IMG/VR virus record: IMGVR_UViG_3300045125_000089
Location: 69,499-96,698 of that record
From: a virus
Reading direction: 5' to 3' (one strand)
DNA: 27,200 nt
The notes below the pieces were generated by a model. That model made no database searches, was not told where the DNA came from, and was given only the letters and a program-made list of their open reading frames with translations. Shown in pieces: positions 1 through 10,204 of the stretch. A program made the translations under genes and the position numbers. Position 1 is the stretch's first letter. Each line of letters opens with the position of its first letter.

Positions 1-1925
1 GATGCAGCTATGGAATTGCCGCTGGTTCCAGACGATCCACTGCTTCCCGCGATTCCGGATGTTCCAGAAGAACCACTTGTTCCTGCCGTTCCGCTACTTC
101 CAGATGTTCCGGCTGTGCCACTACTACCAGAAGAACCACTTGTACCCGCCGCACCAGATGTACCGCTTGATTCCACTTGTACCTGCTGTACCGCTTGTAC
201 CGCTTGAGCCAGATGTACCACTCGTACCGTAGACCACTGAACCACTTGTTCCTGTGTACCACTTGAACCAGATGTACCTGCCGCTACCGCTTGTACCACT
301 CGATCCGGATGTACCGGAAGATCCGCTTGTTCCACGCCGGATGTACCGCTTACACCAGATGATCCACTTGTACCTGTTGTACCGCTTGAACCAGATGTTC
401 CGCTTGACCAGATGTTCCAGATGATCCGCTTGATCCTGGATGTACCGCTTGATCCGCTTGTACCATTCGTACCACTCTGACACCAGTCAGATCCGCTATG
501 TACCTCTTGATACCGCTTGAATCCAGCCTGTTCCGGATGAACCTATGTTATCCACTTGTACCGCTTGTATCCGACTGTACCACTTAGAAGTTCCACTTGT
601 ACCTGCTGATACCAGCTTGAATGGAGACCACTTGATCCATCGAATGTAAACCACTTGAACCAGTATGTACCGCTTGAACCGCTTGTACTACTCGTACCAC
701 TTGACACCGGACAGTTCGACGCTTGTACCCGATGTACCGCTTGAACCAGATGTACCGCTTGACCCAGACGAACCACTTGTTCCACCACTATCCGGATGTA
801 CCACTTGTATCCACTTGAACCAGATGTACCACTTGTACCAGAAGATACCACTTGTTCCTGTTGTACCGCTTGAACCAGATGTACCGCTTGATCCACTTGT
901 ACCGCTGTACCACTTGCACCAGATGTTCCACTTGTACCAGTTGAACCACTTGTACCGGATGTACCAGTATCCACTTGAACCAGATGTACCGCTTGTACCA
1001 GATGTACCACTTGATCCCGCTGTATCCGGACTGTACCAGATGATCCGCTTGTACCACCCGTACCGCTTGACACCAGATGTACCTGCTAGTACCGGATGAG
1101 CCACTTGTTCCTGCTGTACCACTTGAACCAGATGTACCGCTTGTACCAGAAGAACCACTAGTTCCCGCTGTTCCGCTGCTACCAGATGAGCCGCTTGTTC
1201 CACCAGTTCCACTTGACCAGACTTGTACCTGTTGTACCGGATGAGCCACTTGTTCCTGCTGTACCACTTGAACCAGATTGTACCGTGTTGTACCAGAAGA
1301 ACCACTTGTTCCCGCTGTTCCGCTGCTACCAGATGAGCCGCTTGTTCCACCAGTTCCACTTGAACCAGATGTACCGCTTGTACCAGATGTAGCCACTTGT
1401 TCCTGCTGTACCACTTGAACCAGATGTACCGCTTGTACCAGAAGAACCACTAGTTCCCGCTGTTCCGCTGCTACCAGATGAACCGCTTGTTCCACCAGTT
1501 CCACTTGAGCCAGATGTACCTGCTTGTACCGGATGAGCCACTTGTTCCTGCTGTACCACTTGAACCAGATGTACCGCTTGTACCAGATGAACCACTAGTT
1601 CCCGCTGTTCCGCTACTACCAGATGAACCGCTTGTTCCACCAGTTCCACTTGTGCCAGATGTACCCGTAGTACCGGATGAGCCGCTTGTTCCATGCTGTA
1701 CCACTTGAACCAGATGTACCGGTTGTACCAGAAGAACCACTAGTTCCCGCTGTTCCGCTACTTCCAGATGAGCCGCTTGTTCCACCAGTTCCACTTGAGC
1801 CAGATGTACCTGTAGTACCGGATGAGCCACTTGTTCCCGCTGTACCACTTGAACCAGATGTACCTGACGTACCAGATGAGCCGCTTGTACCACTTCAGTA
1901 CCCGATGCACCGCTTGTACCAGAAT
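1..1925 (-). repeat. Coding 9-bp-period repeat (Gly-Thr-Ser / Gly-Ser-Ser triplets) with a higher-order ~144-bp unit
   Basis: The landmark ttccaccagtt (GTGG) recurs at 1198, 1345, 1490, 1635 and 1780. Spacing is 145-147, consistent with 144 nt = 16 Gly-X-Y triplets plus insertion errors. Confidence 0.9.
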
Positions 1926-2476
1926 AACTCAACGCATATGACGCCGTAACTGCCCAACTAGATGTGCCATACAAAGAAGCAGTTAATCCGCCTTGTATGC
2001 CAACGCTACCAGTAATAATCAACATTGACGCAGATGCAAATAATGAACCCGTAAATTCTATAACATCTGCGTTGGTTGAGATTATTGTTTGTCCAGTAGG
2101 TCCAAATATAAATTGAAGGCAGAACCAGATACGGTCAATGAACCAGTTATATAAACACTGCCAGAAACGTAATTCAATCTGAATCTTGATACATACTGGG
2201 AACATACAAATTTGTTACAGTAATGCTAGATGCGGTTATTCCACCAGATATACCTAAACTACCTGTTAAATTAAACGAACCACTTAAAGATACATTTCCG
2301 ATATTATTTGAGTCTGTAGTAATGGCGGAAATAATCTTATCTTCAGTACTGCCGGACTTTCTTAAAAATACACGACCATCTGGTACATTTATGGCAAATT
2401 GTCCAGTACCAAATGAAGATGTTGTAGGTATTGAACCTGTTGTTAAACTGCGTAAATGTATGATTTTATCTGCCAT
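1..2476 (-). CDS. Fibre-like virion protein with a very long Ser/Thr-rich Gly-X-Y (collagen-like) repeat; runs off the left edge; frameshifted
   Basis: Starts [43 protein letters not shown], which resembles N-termini common in phage fibre proteins. TGS/SGS-rich segments follow, then [19 protein letters not shown] and >600 codons of [12 protein letters not shown] triplets spread over several frames. ATACTTATA motif 4 nt upstream. Confidence 0.75.
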
Positions 2477-2525
2477 TTGTTATAAGTATGTAAAGTAGGT
2501 TATGTTTTAGCATCATATTTATATA

Positions 2526-3325
2526 TTATAAACCATATATCGCTTTTATAGCATTATAATTTTGTTTTACTTCTTGTGCCGAAAGTGTTCTGAAATACAC
2601 TTGAACTAATGATATGTTGCCTTGGTGCAGACGTATTGGAGAACGTATAAACCCACCTCCGACACAAAGTGGATTCAGCGAGGCACTAAAATAAACGCCA
2701 TCTGCTGAACTTATATCGACTGAGCCACTGGTTGGTTCAACTTCTCCATTAAAATATAATTTTATGTCTGAACTTCTATCCATCACAGTCGTAGTCATAA
2801 TCCATGTATTTAGCGGTAGTGTCGTAGATGTACCGTATACTGGAAAATAGTAGAGGAGTTGAACCTTGGCCGTTTTGTAAAAATGCGAACATTTTATTTC
2901 CCAAATAACCGAGTATATGAAGTAAATCTCACAGCAGTACCAAAATGATATCTTTCCGCACCATCATTGTTAGTTATTTTGACCATACATTTATGGTTAC
3001 GTCGTTTTGTTCCCAATGGCAGAGGATATCCAGTTCCTATACGAACCAGTCATCAACGCCATCAAAAGCAATGCTGCCACCATTGGCACTGCTATAAATT
3101 GGTCCATTCGCCAACAAACCTGTATTATTGGTATTTCCAGTCAAATCAAACCAGTTGCTACTGCCACTAACATAACTATATGGATTAGCAGCATCAAGAT
3201 GCAGAACAAGACCATCTCTTACAATGTCAGACGGACCTTTTCTTACAAAAAAACTACCCGCATTATTTACATTTCTTAATTTAAACGTGGTAGTATTTGT
3301 GCTAAAGACGTAACGTTAGTGGCAT
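2526..3325 (-). CDS. LamG/concanavalin-A-like lectin domain virion protein; frameshifted
   Basis: Stitched translation includes GPSDIVRDGLVLHLDAANPYSYVSGSSNWFDLTGN...LANGPIYSSANGGSIAFDGVDD and ends GNISLVQVYFRTLSAQEVKQNYNAIKAIYGL. Both are typical of phage LamG-like jellyroll proteins. The ATG at 3325 directly follows the previous stop. Confidence 0.8.
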
Positions 3326-3326
3326 A

Positions 3327-5067
3327 TCAATAAAAACCTCCATCGATATAACTTGCTGTAAGAGCATATGATGATGTACCAAGTAAAGTCCTGTAATTGA
3401 ATTGGCTACAATAGAATTTACATTTATGTTGATTCCAGCTTAAGCAGGCTTTCCGCTTTGAGTGAATATGAACTGGTTGTATTTGGATTTCCGTTTATCC
3501 AGTTGTGCACCCTTGGATATATCAACGCTTGACCATCCGCTCGGAGATGTTATATGTTACATCACTTAAATCGTCAAGTTTTGCGGTGCTGACAGTGCTT
3601 CCTGCTCCCGCTCCCGCCGATATTTCTGTAGCAATCCTGCACCAATTATGTCGAGCGTCGGAGCCGGTCAAGCTGGTACTGTTGCGGCTCCTTTTGCTAC
3701 TACATAACCAATGAACGCTGTAAACCCTGCGAAGTTGCATCACCTTCAACAAACGGGTCTGGTTGGTACAGTTTGTATTGCCTCTGGCAATGTAGTTGAT
3801 ATGTTGTTTGTCCGTAATATGACGTACAATTGTGTTGTTTACTGGATACGAAAATAACTCGTTGGATAGCATAATCGTTAGCCTCCGACCGTTTGCAGTG
3901 TTCCGCTACCGTCATCATATTTTGCTTGGATCTATGATCTGTGTAATAAACTTCCCGCCATTTGCGTCAAAATATACACCAGAACCAGAACGATACATTC
4001 TTACTATGCTTGCCCGTAGACCACTGCCGGGGTGCTATATTCTGAAGGAGATTTCCGCGACCACTTGAGTAAAATGCTCCGTGTGCAAACGTAGTGTTAC
4101 CTGAACTTACTGACATTTTCAAGTGTGCCCGTCTGCGGAGTATTGACTATATCCACGCAAGTTCTTAATGGACCAAACGCATCAACGAATGTATTTAGTT
4201 GACTTGTATTCCTTGTGAGCCACGCAGTACTGAAACAGTTTCGCCAAAGAAGGCGGATATATTGGCATAGTCGTAATGTCCAACCGCACCCAGAGGAATT
4301 TTGGTATGATATTCTTGTGACAGTAAACGGCCTAGATTGCTGTCGAATGTGCTCCGTTGCCGTCAATATAGATCCATGTTACTTGGCTGAGTGTTGATGC
4401 CAGCGATTGGTCTGTGATATATTTCCCCACTGAACATATGCTACATCTGGGTCTATTTCTCGAGCCTCAGTTGTTGCATTATGATCTCCACAATAATACC
4501 AGATCCTGAACTCACATATACTATGACTTCCGCTCCAAGTGACAATGCCGCCATATAAGCAGTCCTGTTTCTAATAACGCCCTGTACCCAATCACACAAT
4601 TTGCACTTTGATCCGTGATGTCTTATCCACAAATCATCACCAGGATGAAATGCCGATTTGCTGGCAAACATAGTAGTTTCCGTATGGTGCATTCGGATCC
4701 AGCGAACCAGTTCAATCTTAACCATCCTTGAACCGTCTGGTTGCCGATAAATGTATTTGATCCCAGTTGTAGCAAATATGGTAGAGTCCAACCCATCAAG
4801 CAAGTTGCTATTATTTGCATAAGAAGCAGTCCCAGCATTCGGAGCCCAACTTGCACTAACTGCCCAACTTGACGTACCAAACAAACAACCAGTTATACCA
4901 TCAACAACAAGACCTTTTGATATATATGCAGAACCGCTTACTGCAAGATGCGATGATGTGGAAATGTACCTACTTGAAGATGACTGCCGGAAATATACAC
5001 ATCTTCCTTGAAACTGGAAGTTTGTAAGTGAAATTAACCCTTTGCGTGCTACAAATTCGTTAGACAT
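3327..5067 (-). CDS. Tail-fibre-like/virion structural protein; heavily frameshifted
   Basis: Starts MSNEFVARKGLISL. Contains GTSSWAVSASWAPNAGTASYANNSNLLDGLDSTIFATTGSNTFIGNQTV, a globular part (LLYGGIVTWSGS..., FVDAFGPLRT) and LDDLSDVT. Ends TASYIDGGFY-TGA. Confidence 0.65.
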
Positions 5068-5069
5068 AA

Positions 5070-5183
5070 CTGCGTCGCCTTTCTTGCTTCCGTTAGCACA
5101 GAAACATAGTTTACATACCGACTGTAGATTCGTTTTATTTTTCATGTTTTCTTGCTTCACTATCCACAAGAAACCGATGCAAC
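5070..5183 (-). promoter_or_regulatory. Putative structured 5' leader with two hairpins and a possible enclosing stem
   Basis: Hairpin TTTCTTG-TGGATAGTGAAG-CAAGAAA at 5148-5173. Hairpin TTTCT-G-TGCT-AACGGA-AGCA-AGAAA at 5080-5104. GAAGCAAGAAA occurs twice. Confidence 0.5.
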
Positions 5184-5184
5184 T

Positions 5185-6536
5185 TTATTTAGTTTTTACA
5201 TCCAGTATTCTTGTTATTCTTACGGACCAGTTTCCGGATGCTGGTGTTGCCACCAAAGTGACATTGTTTCCACCGTCAATTGTAGCAGATAAGCACAAGT
5301 GCATCGGTGTTTCCAATATCAGCTGTTGAATATTCTGTGAACACCGTCACGTTTCCTGTGCTGTTCCACGCGGCCATCTTCGCTTGCTCTATAGTTTCCA
5401 CTGCCATCGCGTATGCTTACAAGCCATTTTGCTGCATATCCCGCAGTATCGGCAAAGAATCAACCACGGTTGAGTGGTATGCGGTAATTTCATTTGTAAT
5501 ACTGTCGCTGGTGTACCAGTTGTATTAACTACAAGTGTATTTACTGTGGCAGTTTTGTCTACGCTCAATGAACCAGTAATAGAAACGCTGCCTGTGAATT
5601 GGTGAGTATTAGATAGATTATTACCAAATACGTTACTACCAGATGCAAATATGATTGAAGAAGTAACTGTAACTACATTTAGATTTGTTACTTGAATTGC
5701 GGATGCAGTAATTGTGCAACATCAATTGTAATGCCGGTGAGCAAACTTTGTGCTTTTAATGCATATGACGCTGTACCAGCAAACTGACTTGTGTTTGTTA
5801 TACCAGTAACGTTGCTATATGCAACAGATAGTGCAGTTTGAGCAGTAGTAGCATATGATGCTGTGCCGGAGAATGTGTCGGCTGGAGTTTCACCAACATT
5901 TCCCCAATCAACATAAGATGCTGTACCGGCAGATGTATCTGTATTGCTGTCATCTACATTTGCCCAAGTTACATATGACGAAGTAGTAGATTTATCAAAT
6001 AAGAAGCAGTACCAGCAAACGTAGATATATTTGTAATCCCGCTTACATCTCCATAGTCAACATCAATGCTACAAATGCAACTGAAGCAGTGTTGGCATAA
6101 GACGCGGTCGCAAGAGGATTAAAGTTGAGCGCATATGATGCTGTTGTTGCAGCACTCCGCATATGAAGCTGTACCAGCAAATGTGTCTGTATTACTTTCA
6201 TCAACGTTTGCCCACGTAACATAAGACGAAGTCTTTGCCAACATTGCATACGAAGGCAGTACCTGCGAACGTGTCCGTATTACTTTCATCTACGTTTGCC
6301 CACGCGATATACGATGCACTAATTGCGTTATATGCCCAAGAAGACGTGGCAGGCAACCCGATTACATATGACGCATTAATGCGTGCGATGCAGTCACTGC
6401 CCAGCTTGATGTCAAGTATGCAAAGCTACCAGTTATTTTCCAACAACAGTTAAGCTGCCGGTTACAACCGCGTTATTTTGTACTTCGGTATCTCCGCGTA
6501 CAATCAATCCGTTTTTCTTACTGTTAATTCATTCAT
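5185..6536 (-). CDS. Fibre-like protein with ~6 internal W/Y-x-N-V...FAGTASYA repeats and a C-terminal ~95-aa beta-rich module; frameshifted
   Basis: Starts MNELTVR(K)NGLIVRGDTEVQN. Repeats such as SYVTWANVDESNTDTFAGTASYA. Contains SSIIFASGSNVFGNNLSNTHQFTGSVSITGSL. Ends AAKWLVSIRDGSGNYRASE...VTLVATPASGNWSVRITRIL. ATATTTATA upstream. Confidence 0.7.
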
Positions 6537-6589
6537 AGGTTAGGTGTTTCTATATATTATAAATATAACGGTTGATTTGAAAGTAGTTT

Positions 6590-7016
6590 TTATATAACAA
6601 AACGTAGCATTTTTACTGTCCAAGAACCAGACGTAGGATATGCCGGCTAACCTTACATTACCACCGCTTATATTTACAGACATGAACGATGGTACAGTTC
6701 CTATTGCGTTTGTTGTATATTCTGCGTGATTGGCGTTATTAGTTAGCAGGATCCCCATACTGCCAAAAGTTCGCTTTGTTTTTAAAAATTAGAGCCACTT
6801 CCTATAGAAAGTAGCCATTTTGCTGTATTTCCCCAATTTTTGCTAAAAAGCGTCGATTACAGTGGATCGGTTTTCTGATGCTGTAGCAACGCTGCAATTC
6901 ATATATGCCATTGTATTATTGGTAAGCAATAGCTGATATGAACCAGACGCACTGCCTGTAGCAAATGGGCTTGCATTTACTGCCAATCCATTTTGAACTA
7001 TAAAAAAGTTGTCCAT
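6590..7016 (-). CDS. Small virion protein: N-terminal NGL peptide plus the same ~95-aa C-terminal module (possibly fused to the upstream gene)
   Basis: MDNFFIVQNGLAVN...STVIDAF...TAKWLLSIGSGSNFKTSELLAVWDP...AEYTTNAIGTVPSFMSVNISGGNVRLAAYPTSGSWTVKMLRFVI-TAA after removing several 1-nt insertions. Confidence 0.65.
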
Positions 7017-7019
7017 AGT

Positions 7020-8454
7020 GTGTCCTGCCATCATTCTGATCATCTTGAGCGTCCAAGTGCCTGCCAATGGCGTTGCAACAAAGGCTTACAGAACCAGAAA
7101 CTACATTTGATACAGACATATGTACAGGTACAGAGCCAATTTGATTTACTTCTGTATTATTAAACTTGACTGCATAGTTGTTCCAGCTTGCTACAACTTC
7201 TGTGGTCTTGAAGTTTAGATTACCATCATTTACAGATACAAGCCATCTTGCGGCATTTCCTGCACCAGTTGGAATACTGTCGATGGCAACAGAACCAGAA
7301 TCTGGATTTACGCCGTTTATTATATTTGTAGCAAAAGAGCCTGTAGTTCCTCCTCCGACGATATTGATAGTGTTGAATGTTCCTTCTGAATTCCTCCAAG
7401 GTTTACATAACTTGCAGTACCTGCATAATTGGCATAATTTGCATTACCAGCATTAATAGCATAATTTGCATTTTGTATTATGCCACCAAACTGTGGTCTT
7501 TGTGGAGCTATGTCTGGAGCAAATGACACTGCACCAACTTTTGTCAATTCTTCCGCCTTCTTTGACAACTCTTCTGCGCTTAGGTCTTTCAGGTCAATCA
7601 TTGATTCATTTACACCAAACACAACTTTGCGTATAGTAAATGCTTTTTGTACGGTAGATTTATAATTCTCAAATTTTTTCTGGAAGTAGATATGCATTGC
7701 ACATCAAACCGAATGTTGCTTTTACTGCTCTGTCTTGACCGGCGTCTACCATTGTTTCAAAATTATAATCGCTTATGCTGGTTCTAAATTTGTATCTGTT
7801 CTTATCTCCCCAATAATCTTCTGTTGAAAAATTTACGGCTTCAACAATTTCATTGCATTGTTCTACCAAGTTTGTCCATATAATGAACTCGTAGTTTACT
7901 ATTACGTGGTCTGGCATAGCAACAGAATACATTTCTTGTCTTTTGCTAAAGCCGGTCATCAATGAAAACTTATCGTATTTGTTCTTCTCACTAAACTTTT
8001 TAAGTACAGGATATTGCAAATAACGATTTAGTGTAGTTAGATTATCATTTCTTTGCACCGTGCTTCTACGAAATGCTATTGCTGGACATTGCATCTTTCC
8101 ATTTTATCACGCAATGCACCGTCTTGTCTTATTGCTTTCCATCTTTCTGGCGAAGCATAGTTGATAGGAACTTTTATTTGTCTTCCTGCATCAACAATAG
8201 TTGGACTGATGACAGTATCCATATAACTCAATATAGTAGAGTCTATGTCAATAAGCTTTACGCTAAAATCTTTTCTGTCATCATTATCTCTACGTAGATT
8301 ATATGCTCTGTTTTGATTTGCTTCTGGACCAAATACCGGAGGACCAACGATGGATGCTGCTTCCTTTTTCATGCCAGACATCTCTGGACCGCTGCTAATT
8401 TTGTTAGGCGGTCTATTGATTATTGGTTTTGGTATGTCTCCGCTTGTAGGCCAT
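7020..8454 (-). CDS. T4 gp15-like tail terminator/tail-sheath stabiliser with a C-terminal fibre-like extension; frameshifted
   Basis: Contains DIDSTILSYM...IKVPINYASPERWKAIRQDG, PAIAFRR, PDHVIVNYEFIIWT...IVEAVNF...YWGD...KFRTSI and lies after the neck genes. It then continues into NANYAINAGNANYANYAGTASY and the ~95-aa module. Confidence 0.7.
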
Positions 8455-8457
8455 AAA

Positions 8458-8937
8458 TTATTGATCCGTTCCTTTCAAGTACGTTCAATGACGTAATCTT
8501 TGTATAATGACCATTGCAGATTATGCTATGACTTTTGTCTGGTTGTCCGCCAAGCAACTGTTCCTGAACAACATTATCTATTTCATAATAGCGGTCGTTG
8601 AATAATACAATGTCTCCAATTTCTGGATAAAAATTTACTTGCTTGAGCATCTTTTTCACGCATCTTGAAAACATAATCTTGATTTCTGCTTGGTCCAAAA
8701 TCGTCATATTCAGCAGTCATATCTGCACGTTCAATAAGTGCTGATATTTGTATTGCAGGCATATACCACTTGCCAGTTTCAGCAGCAGTTTCACCGTATA
8801 TGTTTGTTTTTGTTTCGGTAGGAGAAATCTTGAATACTTGAATAAGTACTTCAACAATGTCTCCCATCAGTTCAGCATTGAACTGAGCGACGAGGATTCA
8901 AATCTCTTTGTGAAAAATATCTACCTCTTAGTCCCAT
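8458..8937 (-). CDS. Head-closure/neck protein (T4 gp14-like); frameshifted
   Basis: MGLRGRYFSQRDLN...NAELMGDIVE...TKTNIYGE...FYPEIGDIVLFNDRYYEIDNVVQEQLLGGQ...SIICNGHYTK. Lies between the gp13-like and gp15-like genes. Confidence 0.7.
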
Positions 8938-8972
8938 ATATTACTTGATGTTTGCAAGCATAAAGCCAACCA

Positions 8973-10200
8973 TTAAAACTCCATATAAATTCCAAGCGGA
9001 ACTTTTTGTAGAGTTTCTTGTAGGCGTGCGGCTTCTTCTGCTCTTAGTTCCATCTGTGCCTTGCGTCCGGTTGCTTCCAAGTTTTCTCTAAGTTGAGTGA
9101 CTAGGTCTGTTTTTTCTGTAGCGGCTTCTTGTCTTAGTTCTGCACCGTCGAGTGTTACTTCTGCGCCTGGTATAGGTATGCTGCTATATTTTTGGCGAAT
9201 GGCACCAAGAACTTCCTTACATAACGCAAGAAAGTATTTGCGTATCCATTGTCTACCTACGCTGTTTATGCTGCCATATGGTATGACATTATATGGTACA
9301 TTGCTATAATCTCCAATCACAGGAGAAGATACAGCAGAACCAGAAGCGTTGTAATAAGAACCCGAGCCGCTAATACCTTGAGCATCTCTTTCATTTTTTA
9401 CTAAGTATTGAAAATACATCCTAAAATCGTATGTCGGAATAGGAAATAGTTTTATTTTGTTGTTTATTAATTCAAAACTCCAAGCAGATTTACGCACAAG
9501 GTCATTGAACTCAATGGCCTGCATACGCAACAAATCTTCAAATATAGGAGTCATCAAAAATTGTGTAGCAGGAGAATATCCAGCAAATCCCATTTCATTC
9601 AGTACGTTGCTATAACTCATACCCGTCATGCTGAATGGGTCATAGATACGTGCAGCAGCAGGACTCATTTCATGGAATATTCTGCGTATTTCAATGCGGT
9701 TATAACTTTCGCTTACATCTCCCCACAATGATTGCAGGTCATATGTTTGAGTTCCTTGTTTCGCATCAATATATCCTTTTTTCCAATCTACATTTCCGCC
9801 AACACCAAATTCTGTTCCATATCCTTCTGCGATTTTTATCAACTGAGGAAGCCCGCTTGCAGCAACATTTGTTTGTGTAATATTTGTGCTGGTAGATGTG
9901 CCTTGTAGCACGCCGATATTATTACGAATATTGAACTGATTTACTTGAGCACTATATTCATACACCGCTTCTTCAAAGCACGCATAAAAATTTACATCAA
10001 TCATTTCTATGTCTGTGATAGGATAGCCTAATCTTGTTGCTGCCCATTTTGCTGCCGCAGGCGCAGTCTTTTTGAAATATAGGGTCGGCTTCAAAAAAGC
10101 CAAATGGTGTAAGTCCGCTACCAGAAGTTATAGCGGAACCAGAACCTGGCCAGCGAACTCTATCAGAATCGACATTATAAATAATCGAAGTGTCAGCCAT
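8973..10200 (-). CDS. Neck/head-tail adaptor protein (T4 gp13-like); one frameshift near 10065
   Basis: MADTSIIYNVDSDRVRWPGSGS...TPFGFFEAD, then WAATRLGYPITDIEM...ACFEEAVYEYS and a C-terminal WIRKYFLALCKEVLGAIRQKYSSIPIPGAEVTLDG motif typical of gp13-like adaptors. GGAGG at 10214-10210. Confidence 0.8.
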
Positions 10201-10204
10201 TGTT

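Noticed and set aside
1085-1880. CRISPR-like array
   Set aside because: The units are contiguous coding repeats with no unique spacers, and there are no cas genes.
2-1949. + strand ORFs with [10 protein letters not shown] repeats and - strand VQVVQ/WYKRY-rich ORFs
   Set aside because: These are antisense and off-frame shadows of the Gly-Thr-Ser repeat.
4453-5169. Gene start at 5169 given by the ORF track
   Set aside because: ATG 5067 (MSNEFVARKGL) matches the N-terminal motif of the two upstream paralogues, and the 5' extension overlaps the hairpin region.
5070-5183. tRNA or terminator
   Set aside because: No T-loop (GTTC) or D-loop consensus and no CCA end. The hairpins are followed by A-rich rather than U-rich sequence on the coding strand.
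2526-7290. Diversity-generating retroelement or invertible tail-fibre cassette
   Set aside because: No reverse transcriptase or invertase, no adenine-specific template/variable repeat pair and no flanking inverted repeats were seen. The paralogous modules are diverged at the DNA level.
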